A DNA stretch of 60,909 bases, from positions 1 to 60,909 of the IMG/VR virus record IMGVR_UViG_3300048819_000038, one strand, 5' to 3'. Made by a program: the position numbers and the translations under genes. The number at the start of each line of letters is the position of its first letter. Within the stretch, counting starts at the first letter, position 1. Shown here one piece after another: positions 46,690 through 54,954 of the stretch. Below the pieces are notes generated by a model. That model was not told the origin of the DNA and made no database searches. It saw only the letters and a list, made by a program, of their open reading frames with translations. This DNA is from a virus. Its lineage: Duplodnaviria; Caudoviricetes.

Positions 46690-47220
46690 TTACTCATCCT
46701 CCTTAGCCGGGATGCCATACTGTGCGCGGAGTACAGTCATCGCTGCCTCTTGTGCTACCGCAGCAACGCTGTTGTCCGACTCTTCCTTGCGGGTAATACG
46801 GTTCGTGTACGTCCTGGCGTCCTGACGACCAGATCCTTTTGCCGGAACCTGCGTAGACGGTGTGGAGAACTGAGGCAGTACGGCACGGTTCTTCCAAATC
46901 GCGTCGTAAAGGACGGGATCTTTCAAGCGAAGCGCGGTTTCCTCTGCAAGTTTCGCAGGGGTAAACTTGCCTTCCTTGTTGTAGGCTTCCATCACTTCGT
47001 CGTTACGAAGTTTCTCCTGGTCGGCAATCGCCTGATTGCGAACACGCTCCTGGCCGGCAAGGCGATCACGCTCTGAGGCCATTGCGATATACTTAGGATC
47101 TTTCTCCACGTCGTATACGGCAGGGAGTTGAGTGGTTGCGGTTACGACGACAGGCTTCTCCTCCTTGGCGTGCATACCGAGTAAAGCCTTGATTTGGTCT
47201 AGTAGTCCTTCGTCAGCCAT
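46690..47220 (-). CDS. nested scaffold protein (internal start)
   Basis: AAAGGAAAAGCT ATG GCT GAC in frame after the protease domain. Confidence 0.55.
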   Translation of the reverse strand: MADEGLLDQIKALLGMHAKEEKPVVVTATTQLPAVYDVEKDPKYIAMASERDRLAGQERVRNQAIADQEKLRNDEVMEAYNKEGKFTPAKLAEETALRLKDPVLYDAIWKNRAVLPQFSTPSTQVPAKGSGRQDARTYTNRITRKEESDNSVAAVAQEAAMTVLRAQYGIPAKEDE

Positions 47221-48072
47221 AGCTTTTCCTTTTGACGGACTTTTACCGTCTGTGATGCGCTTGACAAGTTTCTTGTAAGCGGAATCTTTGTCCATTACTC
47301 CGTCCATGAGTCCTGCGTCTACAGCCTCCTTACCAATGTAACCTCGACCATCCGCCACTGCGGAAACCTTATCTGGAGACATCTGACGACCGTACGCAAC
47401 GTCTTTCTCAAACATCGCGTGGAAGGCGTCTATCTCCCTTTGGATCTCTGCCTTGCCCTCTTCGGACATCGGTACTCCGGACTCTCCATTACCCTTGTAC
47501 GGAGCAGACTTGAATAGCATCCTGTCTACACCCATGTTCTTTAGCATCTTGGAGTTATCGGTTCGTACCGTGTATACCCCAATAGATCCAAGAACACTCA
47601 TTCCTGTGCCGTACATATCGTCGCACTGTGCGCCAATCCAATAGGCCGCAGAAGCACAAAGACCATCTGTAAACCCTACAATCGGCTTCTTCTTGCGGAA
47701 ATTCTGCATCGCTGCGACCGCCTGATCCAAGCCATCAATCGATCCTCCCGGAGACTGAAATACCGGGAACGCTCCCTTGACGAGCGGATCGTTAGAGGCA
47801 CGGTTTAACATCGCGCAAAGGCTATCTACCGCAGTACCGCCAAGGTAATAGCAGTAGAAGTCGGCAGAACGAACGATAGGCCCGGAAACCTTAAAGTGGG
47901 CTACACCGTTCATATCCGTGGTGTAGTTCATGGAACCGTCGTAGCCATCCTCTACTGCACTACGGTAGCTTGCGTAGACAGCCCCGTACTCCTCCGGAGA
48001 CTTCGCGAAGATTTCCGAGAAGGCGTTTACTTCGCTCTGCATGATAGAGACATAACCAAGTGTGTCGGGCAT
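46690..48072 (-). CDS. S49 (SppA-like) prohead protease fused to scaffold
   Basis: SPGG, CASAAYWI, GSIGV, A.DAGL.DG; ATG 48072 preferred because a terminator lies just upstream. Confidence 0.88.
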   Translation of the reverse strand: MPDTLGYVSIMQSEVNAFSEIFAKSPEEYGAVYASYRSAVEDGYDGSMNYTTDMNGVAHFKVSGPIVRSADFYCYYLGGTAVDSLCAMLNRASNDPLVKGAFPVFQSPGGSIDGLDQAVAAMQNFRKKKPIVGFTDGLCASAAYWIGAQCDDMYGTGMSVLGSIGVYTVRTDNSKMLKNMGVDRMLFKSAPYKGNGESGVPMSEEGKAEIQREIDAFHAMFEKDVAYGRQMSPDKVSAVADGRGYIGKEAVDAGLMDGVMDKDSAYKKLVKRITDGKSPSKGKAMADEGLLDQIKALLGMHAKEEKPVVVTATTQLPAVYDVEKDPKYIAMASERDRLAGQERVRNQAIADQEKLRNDEVMEAYNKEGKFTPAKLAEETALRLKDPVLYDAIWKNRAVLPQFSTPSTQVPAKGSGRQDARTYTNRITRKEESDNSVAAVAQEAAMTVLRAQYGIPAKEDE

Positions 48073-48087
48073 AGGTTTTCCAGGTAC

Positions 48088-48126
48088 AAAAAAAGAAGCA
48101 GTCTCGCTGGATTGGCGAGACTGCTT
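48088..48126 (-). terminator. intrinsic terminator ending the small-RNA array
   Basis: AAGCAGTCTCGC/GCGAGACTGCTT 12-bp stem followed by CTTTTTTT. Confidence 0.8.
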
Positions 48127-48205
48127 AATGGAAAGAACCATCATATGAGCAGTTGCTTTGGGCAGGAGTAGGTATACTATCCCGTAACCCATATAAAGTT
48201 GTATT

Positions 48206-48313
48206 CGTAGTAGGTTAGATTTGAACTAACGGATCGGCACTGATGTTATACAGTTGGCCTCACACGTAGGATTACAAGTTCTGCGTCGCATTTAACCACT
48301 CTGCCACTACTAC
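48206..48313 (-). tRNA. atypical tRNA-like RNA (~107 nt; loop CT-TGT-AA, Thr-type anticodon)
   Basis: Acceptor GTAGTAG/CTACTAC, D arm TGGCAGAGTGGTTAAATGC, T arm GTTAG-TTCAAAT-CTAAC; extended anticodon and variable arms. Confidence 0.6.
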
Positions 48314-48321
48314 GAATTATT

Positions 48322-48392
48322 TTGCCATCTTATCCGATTCGGACGGAGTTGCGCTAACCGGCTGCGCCGCACTACCTATGCTTCGATGGCAA
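48322..48392 (-). ncRNA. degenerate tRNA-like cloverleaf
   Basis: TTGCCATC/GATGGCAA ends, with GCA/TGC, GCGC/GCGC and TCCG-TCCGAAT-CGGA arms. Confidence 0.5.
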
Positions 48393-48399
48393 GCTTTTT

Positions 48400-48676
48400 G
48401 GGGATCGCTTACAGTCATTACCTTTCTGTGGTTCCTGCGTAGGCAAATCCCCCATCTTATTGTCAGGCAAGTGATGTAAGAGCGGTATTTTACAAGGTAA
48501 CGCTCTTACTTCGGCCCAACAAAACTTAGGAAGGAGTACTCTCGTCCATCATACAGACCGATCTGAGTTTTACCCACAGTGCCCCTTTCGGGATTTTATC
48601 GGGAACCTTCCAAGTGGTATGTTCTTTTTGCACCACATTTGCCTTAAAGACTATTTTGGTGTAGTTTTAACCACTT
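48400..48676 (-). ncRNA. four further end-paired small RNAs (48400-48452, 48460-48522, 48529-48611, 48612-48676)
   Basis: Each unit is closed by a 6-9 bp terminal stem, with 0-7 nt linkers. Confidence 0.45.
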
Positions 48677-48692
48677 CTTGCTATTTCTAAAA

Positions 48693-48767
48693 GTGCCTGG
48701 GTTGGACTCGAACCAACGATCTCTTCGGTATGAACGAAGCGAGGACTCCAGACTCCTCCACCCGGCA
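48693..48767 (-). tRNA. tRNA-Met/Ile2 (CAT)
   Basis: Cloverleaf: GAGG/CCTC D stem, CTTCG-TTCATAC-CGAAG, GTTGG-TTCGAGT-CCAAC; no encoded CCA. Confidence 0.85.
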
Positions 48768-48773
48768 TGAGTA

Positions 48774-48790
48774 GTAACCAATTTGGTTAC
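48774..48790. repeat. 17-bp palindrome copy 19
   Basis: Between the promoter and the tRNA 5' end. Confidence 0.95.
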
Positions 48791-48831
48791 TACCTACCCG
48801 AAACTGGCCCGCTAAGGAACGTAACATGGGT

Positions 48832-48860
48832 ATTATAACATACTTTTCCAGATTTGTCAA
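48832..48860 (-). promoter_or_regulatory. sigma70-type promoter for the RNA array
   Basis: TTGACA-17 nt-TATAAT with a TG extension. Confidence 0.85.
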
Positions 48861-49150
48861 GTGGTGTCTATTTCCTGAAAAACCATATTGTCAAAATACT
48901 TCGGTTGCTGGCCTCTCAATAGGGTCATAGTCCAGTCAAGGTGAATTCTCTCTTTGGTGGATGTACGGAATAAGTGCTCCCTGGTACGTGTATTGTCGGT
49001 CAGAAACAGTACCACGTACTTATTGCCATACAAGGCCGCATTTTTAAAAGCCAGATCAATGTTCTCGTTAGTACCTGCCACGCTAAGGTATGCTTCTTGT
49101 GGGTCTACTACGAGGGGCTGATACTGTCCATCAGTTCTAATAGCTTGCAT
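48857..49150 (-). CDS. hypothetical protein
   Basis: ORF between the portal gene and the RNA array. Confidence 0.5.
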   Translation of the reverse strand: MQAIRTDGQYQPLVVDPQEAYLSVAGTNENIDLAFKNAALYGNKYVVLFLTDNTRTREHLFRTSTKERIHLDWTMTLLRGQQPKYFDNMVFQEIDTT

Positions 49151-49308
49151 AGTTGCGCCTTTGCCTGTTTTAGTGTTTTAACGGTTACTTGCCCTCTGTC
49201 TACTTCTTGGGCAAGTTTTCGGATCTCCCCACCTGCATAGGAGGCTATCTTGCGGAACTCGGAAGACTTTCCTTCCTTGCTGGCAAAACTCGGATAACCA
49301 GAACTCAT
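49108..49308 (-). CDS. hypothetical protein
   Basis: ATGA overlap with the portal gene. Confidence 0.55.
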   Translation of the reverse strand: MSSGYPSFASKEGKSSEFRKIASYAGGEIRKLAQEVDRGQVTVKTLKQAKAQLCKLLELMDSISPS

Positions 49309-50825
49309 TGTGACGCCTCCTCTAGTTCCTTTGTAAGTCCAGGAACCTTCTTTGTTTTTACGTACTCTGCGACGATCTTGAATGCGTCTTCGATTGCCTG
49401 CGGGGTAGCGGCGGGTTTAGACTTCGTGCTGCCAGTTGTGTCTACCGTGATACGCTCTCTCACCGGAAGAAGCGGAAGGGAATCGTCATTCGGGTCAAAA
49501 CCTTCGGGCATCTCCGGGATGTTTACTGCTCCACGTACCCAATCCTCTCGCGGGTCAAATACACCGATGTTGGCTAGGATCTCGTACACCTTAGCGATCA
49601 GGAGTCTTTCTTCATCATCCCAATGTCCTAGGAATAGCCGAGGAGTTAGGTGTCGGTAGTCCTCCCCAAAGTTATAGACTACTGCCGTTTCCAGCATATC
49701 CGACGTTACCACGTCCTGTAGGTCGTTCCTAGGATAGCCTAAGAAGAAGTTCTGGCTGTTCTGGTGAGTCTTACCGAGGGCGAACGAAGAAGAACCGTCT
49801 CCCTGCGTCGTAGTGAGTGTGTTACCTAATACCGCCATCATCATCTCTTGTTGATGGAATCCGCAGAACGTGGCGAACGTATCCAGCGAAGAAGACGGAG
49901 GCCACCATATCTTATACTCGTCCTGCTTGGTATGAGCGAAAGAAGCACCATTCTCCGTGTTGTTGATGTCCTGGATCATCTTTACGAGTTTGTTTGGGTT
50001 ACTGGTAATCCCTTCGATGAACGGCTGCCCGAAACGCTTCTGCGCGATACCCCACCAACGCATCGCAGTATCCATACTGTAGTAGTGCTTATGCATGACC
50101 CTGAGATCGCCATTACCCCACGGAAGACCCCTGGTAGGCTTGTAGGTATAGAGCATTACCTTTTCGGCAGGAATAGGCTCGGATCGTCCCTTTTGAGGCG
50201 TCCAGGAAAAAACGTTGAGGACTTCCATTGTCTTCTCGTCCAAATCGAAGGCAACCTGCTCGACTGGACGATGTACCACATTACGAAGGACACGCTTGCC
50301 TTTATACTTTCCATTGTCCTCTATTCTCCAGATGAGTTCCTGACAGGAGAAACCAAACGGCACAGCCTGCAATAGATTCCATAGGACAGCCCGAAAAGGA
50401 GTCTTCTTACCTGTCTCCGGGTTGCGTACGTTGTGGATAAGGTACTCGCAGAACTCCAATGCCTCCATCGCCTTTTCGTAGTCCCCCGATACAACCTCAT
50501 CCTTCTTCGAGGGAACCGAAGGTAGAAGTTGAGGAGTCTTGTATAGTGCGGCTTGTAGTTTGAGATCAATCGGGGTACGAACTGCCGCGAATGTCATCAT
50601 GCGGTAGAGTTCGTCGTATCCCTTGTGCTGAATGAGTACGTCCGGGTTATACCGAGCAATCGTGAATACAGACCGTAGGTAAGAGTCATAACCCCACATC
50701 GCAGACTGCTGAGACTCTGACTCGGTTAGCTTCTGCGGTGTGCCAAGAGTAGGGTTCCCAGGCTGACCATTCGGCCCAAGTATGTAGATAGGGACTGGTG
50801 AGTTTGTCGGAAAGAAGTTCGGCAT
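49305..50825 (-). CDS. portal protein (DUF935 / Mu gp29-like)
   Basis: A..FGFS..E..W, P.G.G.L, RFG.P, LG.TLTT..G.GS.SFALG..H. Confidence 0.85.
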   Translation of the reverse strand: MPNFFPTNSPVPIYILGPNGQPGNPTLGTPQKLTESESQQSAMWGYDSYLRSVFTIARYNPDVLIQHKGYDELYRMMTFAAVRTPIDLKLQAALYKTPQLLPSVPSKKDEVVSGDYEKAMEALEFCEYLIHNVRNPETGKKTPFRAVLWNLLQAVPFGFSCQELIWRIEDNGKYKGKRVLRNVVHRPVEQVAFDLDEKTMEVLNVFSWTPQKGRSEPIPAEKVMLYTYKPTRGLPWGNGDLRVMHKHYYSMDTAMRWWGIAQKRFGQPFIEGITSNPNKLVKMIQDINNTENGASFAHTKQDEYKIWWPPSSSLDTFATFCGFHQQEMMMAVLGNTLTTTQGDGSSSFALGKTHQNSQNFFLGYPRNDLQDVVTSDMLETAVVYNFGEDYRHLTPRLFLGHWDDEERLLIAKVYEILANIGVFDPREDWVRGAVNIPEMPEGFDPNDDSLPLLPVRERITVDTTGSTKSKPAATPQAIEDAFKIVAEYVKTKKVPGLTKELEEASQ

Positions 50826-50837
50826 TAAGTCTCCTTA

Positions 50838-50854
50838 GTAACCAATTTGGTTAC
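50838..50854. repeat. 17-bp palindrome copy 20
   Basis: Between terL and portal: TAG TAA then AAGGAG. Confidence 0.95.
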
Positions 50855-52278
50855 TACCAGTCCCTCCCAAGGGATGCAAATTCGTTCATTTGTGGGACGT
50901 AGGAGGCGTTTTCGTGGTACTCTTCGACGACTTCTTCTATGGTACGTACGCCTCCATCCAGATCCTTTAGCATGATGGCTACCATTGCGGCAAGGTCGTC
51001 GTAGGAACCTTTGTCGCCCTTAATCTCCGTAGAGTTAGCCAACTTACGCCGTTTGAGTGATCTTAGCTCTTTGATGACTTCTGGATGGGCAAAAAGAGCC
51101 ACTTTCCGTCCTTCGATAAGTGAGGACATGTTATCGTAGAGTTCGACTTTCTTTGCAGACCCGCCGCCAAAATTGATTCCCTCGATGTCCACTCCGTAAT
51201 CTCTGGACATGGTGGACGGGACGGAAAGGCCCATACCAGTGATGTCTGCGATAAACCTTCCGGGGAATAGCTCATCGCATCGTTTGAGTGCCTGATATAC
51301 CTGATTCCACCTGCCAAGATCCGTGTGGGCATCCGGGGTGAAGTGGCGCATATAGACTTGAGTGTGCGTGTCACAGTCCATAACTCCGATAGCTAGACGG
51401 TCGCCTGATACTGCAAGGTCGGCTCCTTTTTGGTAGGTAGTCATCGGGTTGAATCGGTAATCCTGCCCAAACCACTCATTCGGAAGCGTTCCCTCGACAT
51501 ACGGAACGGTACATACCTTCTCCGGGTCTTCTACCTGAGATCCCGCCTCCATCAGAAACTCGCACAGCATCTCAATCCGCCAACGGATCTTCTGCATGGC
51601 GGTTTCATTGATGTTCCAAGAACGAACTAACTCATCGAATGTCTTGGCAGGGTTCTCATAAGGATGCGGAACTCGAATGAGTTGATCGCCTAATACCTTT
51701 GCGCCTACTACCGGGATAACGTTCCCGCTAATGTCCGGGTTATTGCGCGTATTCATGCAGTAACGCCAGAAGTCATTGAACGGGTTATAGGGGTTTGGCG
51801 TGCCTACCTGCCAGTACTCTGCATTCAACTTGAATGCCATCGGAGCAAGGAAAGAGGCGAACACTCCGTCGTCCATCTCCCCACCCTCGTCGTTAATAAT
51901 CAAACCCGGTGTCTTACCACGAACGTTCTCCGGTTCTTCGAGGGACGCAAAGTAGATAGGACGCCATCCGGGAGGTTGTAATATCTTATTCGTGGTATCG
52001 TAGACATTCTCCCAAGAATCCCCGAACATAAACCGAAGTTGCTCTTTTTGCACCATCGTGATTGGTGCAAGGGTATGCGCGGTATACAGAACCGACTTTT
52101 GCTTGTACAGCGCGAACTCACGCATGAGGTGAATTAGCATGGTCGTCTTGCGCCATCCACGACCGGCAGCAAGAAAGTTGTACTGCTTGCGGTTCGCCAT
52201 GACATACTTCTGACCGTCATGTAACTTCGGCAGTGCCAGCTTAAAGACGGTATCTTGCTTAATCGGTGTTATCGGCAA
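50854..52278 (-). CDS. terL: terminase large subunit
   Basis: LHDGQ, Walker A variant AGRGWRKTT, RG, IINDE, GTP, GADLA, D.TG.G, DDL. Confidence 0.9.
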   Translation of the reverse strand: MPITPIKQDTVFKLALPKLHDGQKYVMANRKQYNFLAAGRGWRKTTMLIHLMREFALYKQKSVLYTAHTLAPITMVQKEQLRFMFGDSWENVYDTTNKILQPPGWRPIYFASLEEPENVRGKTPGLIINDEGGEMDDGVFASFLAPMAFKLNAEYWQVGTPNPYNPFNDFWRYCMNTRNNPDISGNVIPVVGAKVLGDQLIRVPHPYENPAKTFDELVRSWNINETAMQKIRWRIEMLCEFLMEAGSQVEDPEKVCTVPYVEGTLPNEWFGQDYRFNPMTTYQKGADLAVSGDRLAIGVMDCDTHTQVYMRHFTPDAHTDLGRWNQVYQALKRCDELFPGRFIADITGMGLSVPSTMSRDYGVDIEGINFGGGSAKKVELYDNMSSLIEGRKVALFAHPEVIKELRSLKRRKLANSTEIKGDKGSYDDLAAMVAIMLKDLDGGVRTIEEVVEEYHENASYVPQMNEFASLGRDW

Positions 52279-52834
52279 CGAACTCTCCCTCTACCGTGTC
52301 CGAATCGTCCGTATTAGCAGATCCACCAAGAAGCCTTTGTTCCCAGGCATCCCCGTCTAATTCGTCAAATTCGTATCGCACCACGATGTCTGTCTTCTGC
52401 TCTACCCTCTGCTTCGGGGCGTAGTAGTCAGGATTCTCTGCGGCAAGTAGTCTGACGAGCAATGCGGCATACCGAGCATCCTTCTCCTGGAAAACAAGAT
52501 ACTCTGTCTGCTTACGCATCTTATGAGCATGAGACGCCATCGCCGCTTGCATATTCAGCAAGAACTGCCCGTAATCCATCAGGTGCTCTGTCTTACCCTT
52601 GTCAAAATCTACCAATTCCAGCTTACCGCGTTCTATCCAGCCTTGCTTTGTGCCATCACCTATACGAGTCATAGCAAAAGCGTACGTGATACTTGCCCCT
52701 TCCGAAAGGTATGCCAGTATTTTGTTCTTATTCGTGGGCGTGAAGTACCTACTGGCCGCATTAGCACTTACTATCTTCCTCTGCTTGTCGGGACTTTGAG
52801 GAAAAAGATCATTAAAACTTGGCAGCCTGCTCAC
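52259..52834 (-). CDS. terS: terminase small subunit
   Basis: HTH-like N-terminus, directly upstream of terL. Confidence 0.65.
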   Translation of the reverse strand: MSRLPSFNDLFPQSPDKQRKIVSANAASRYFTPTNKNKILAYLSEGASITYAFAMTRIGDGTKQGWIERGKLELVDFDKGKTEHLMDYGQFLLNMQAAMASHAHKMRKQTEYLVFQEKDARYAALLVRLLAAENPDYYAPKQRVEQKTDIVVRYEFDELDGDAWEQRLLGGSANTDDSDTVEGEFVADNTD

Positions 52835-53145
52835 TTGTCTTCTCCTTTCAGTAATACTAACTCCTGCTCCATCGCATTGAAGTCCTGACAGATTTGTAGT
52901 AAGTTGAACCCTTCCGCGAGATTGATCGGATTTACTCCTATCGCCTCCACTACCGCTCCTGTAAGTGCAGCGTCAAATTTCTCACTGTACAGATAGATAA
53001 TCATTTGACCGTTTTTATCAAACTCAACGTTGTAAGCCTGCGCTCATTCCATGAGTTCAGGATCATCAAATACGAGTTGAGCGCGTCCCATTAGTGCCTG
53101 CAAAACCGTATCGGCATCTACAATAATGACACGCCGCCTGGACAT
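52831..53145 (-). CDS. hypothetical protein with an internal in-frame TGA at 53044-53046
   Basis: MSRRRVIIVDAD...PELME*AQAYNVEFD...KGEDK*; fills the gap and overlaps terS by GTGA. Confidence 0.55.
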
Positions 53146-53150
53146 TAGTT

Positions 53151-53362
53151 TCATTTCGTAGCCTTCGATTTCTTATCCAAGAAAGTCTCTTCGATATTGT
53201 GGAGAAAAGATACTCTGCTGATATGTCGGTTGTGCTGATCCAGTAGCGCGTCGTAGATTACATCCTCTAACGGCGTATCGGTATCCATCAGGTAAGCCCT
53301 GGCATACTTCGCCGCCATGCCCCTGAGTTCATGCACTTTGTCCGATTTTGGATTGATTTCCA
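53151..53362 (-). CDS. hypothetical protein
   Basis: AGGGG RBS, MEINPKSDK. Confidence 0.55.
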
Positions 53363-53364
53363 TA

Positions 53365-54018
53365 CTATCCCCTAATAAAAGATGACACCCGAACCGCTTT
53401 GGCCCCTGTAGCGGCCTCGTAGCGGCTAAGAATGACATCTGCGTTGTACGGATCGGGTTCGATATTGTACGAAATACGCCCTGCTCTAATACATGCGATC
53501 AGGCATCCACCCATCCCGGCGAAAGGATCTAGGATGACATCCCCTTCTTCGGACATCAGCAGGATTTGGTTCTCCCAAATATCTCCCCTACCATCGAATA
53601 TCCCTTGCGCGAAGATAGACCCCGTGAGAAGTCTGGAACGGTTGGCAACCGGCTCTACGTTCCTGCTATTGATCCCGAAACGAGTTGCACAGAATAGGAA
53701 CTGTAAATCTTCAATATACCCACTCGGATCGTCCTGGTCTTCCGGGAAGATTCGTATACCTACCAAGTCTACCTTTCTGTCCGAATAGAATGAGTATAGA
53801 GTCGGTAGTTGTTCACTTTTACAGAAAAAACTACAGCTTCCTCGAAAAGCGGTAGGGAACTCTACTTCTTCTTCCAGATTAACTCCAACAAAGTCTGACA
53901 TTAGATGCACGCTGTCGGTATTTGATATTTTCCTGTCATTCCCGACATACAGGCGATGTTCGCCCATTTGCCACATATCGCCTACTGCTGTCCTGGAAGG
54001 TAAACTCATTGTGTTCAT
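53365..54018 (-). CDS. degenerate N6/N4 DNA methyltransferase-like protein
   Basis: GD.W..G.HRL..G N-terminus and VILDPFAG.G SAM motif; no DPPY. Confidence 0.7.
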   Translation of the reverse strand: MNTMSLPSRTAVGDMWQMGEHRLYVGNDRKISNTDSVHLMSDFVGVNLEEEVEFPTAFRGSCSFFCKSEQLPTLYSFYSDRKVDLVGIRIFPEDQDDPSGYIEDLQFLFCATRFGINSRNVEPVANRSRLLTGSIFAQGIFDGRGDIWENQILLMSEEGDVILDPFAGMGGCLIACIRAGRISYNIEPDPYNADVILSRYEAATGAKAVRVSSFIRG

Positions 54019-54242
54019 TATGCACTATTCCCGCTTTTATCCGGTCTTTTCCCGGCACTCGCCCTGGTCGCCTTACTCTTTGCCCTCTGCTCGTCAGACC
54101 TGAGCATCGAGATCCTTGCCGCCGCCTGCTCTACTAGGATACGCCTATTGTACCACGCTTCGGTAGGTGGGCCGATTACCGGAGGCGGCTCTAGCCTAGC
54201 GAGTACAAAGTTCTCTCCGTCATCGTTATAGATGATCTCCAT
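54018..54242 (-). CDS. hypothetical protein
   Basis: AGGGG RBS. Confidence 0.55.
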   Translation of the reverse strand: MEIIYNDDGENFVLARLEPPPVIGPPTEAWYNRRILVEQAAARISMLRSDEQRAKSKATRASAGKRPDKSGNSA

Positions 54243-54268
54243 GTCTATCCCCTAGTGGTAGAGCCTCA

Positions 54269-54285
54269 GTAACCAATTTGGTTAC
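54269..54285. repeat. 17-bp palindrome copy 21 (extends to 31 bp, 54262-54292)
   Basis: agcctcaGTAACCAATTTGGTTACtgaggct. Confidence 0.95.
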
Positions 54286-54321
54286 TGAGGCTGTGTTTCT
54301 CCGCACAATTTACAGGAGAAA

Positions 54322-54954
54322 CTACGGGCCTGCGGGAGTGGATGTGGGAACACTACCGGGTGGCAGTGCCCCTGCTGCTCCTGCCGGGGAAGGGACTGTG
54401 GCTACCGTGAGGGTGACAGTTGCGGTACTCGATCCGTCTACGATAGAGATAGAGGCAGAACCGGAACCCACCGGGCTAACCGTAAAGCCAGAGACAGTGA
54501 CACTGCTTACGGAAGCTACGGTTGTATCAGAGGAGGTGACTACCGGGGCTGTTGCGCCAGTAAGCGTGACGGACTGCGGCGCATCGTTCGGAGAGGCGAA
54601 GGAGAGCGTAGACGGGGAGACGGATAGCGGTGCGACAGGTGCAGGGTCGATTCCGGCAAGGGAGGATACGTCTGCGCTTAGGTCACTAATCACAGCGTCG
54701 AGTTGCGGGTTGTTTGCACTGAGGGCGGCGAGTTGGGACTGCAACGAGGCGAGTCCTGCGGTAACACGTGCGGCTGTTGCAGCGATGTCGGCTTTGAGGG
54801 CTGCGTCATCGGCAACAAGAGTAGCGATCTGGTCTGAGAGGGCCATTTGGTTCTTCTCCAAGGTTTGTAGGTGGGCCTGTAGTTCCGATACATTGACCGG
54901 AGTAGCGACGAAATCTTTTAGTTCGGCAGGTGTGCCGTCGATGGTCAGTTGCAC
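54322..54954 (-). CDS. coiled-coil plus Ig-like (Big_2) protein
   Basis: SSDTTVASV...V..G.A.I...DG; AGGAGG RBS. Confidence 0.7.
   Translation of the reverse strand: MQLTIDGTPAELKDFVATPVNVSELQAHLQTLEKNQMALSDQIATLVADDAALKADIAATAARVTAGLASLQSQLAALSANNPQLDAVISDLSADVSSLAGIDPAPVAPLSVSPSTLSFASPNDAPQSVTLTGATAPVVTSSDTTVASVSSVTVSGFTVSPVGSGSASISIVDGSSTATVTLTVATVPSPAGAAGALPPGSVPTSTPAGP

Noticed and set aside
48073-48192. N-terminal extension of the protease ORF to 48192
   Set aside because: It runs through a terminator hairpin and lacks an RBS; ATG 48072 is more plausible
48529-48611. Hammerhead ribozyme
   Set aside because: CTGTATGA and GAAA are present but not in the CUGANGA...GAAA core arrangement
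48203-48770. A suppressor, Sec or Pyl tRNA in the RNA array
   Set aside because: No unit has CTA or TCA in an anticodon-loop position
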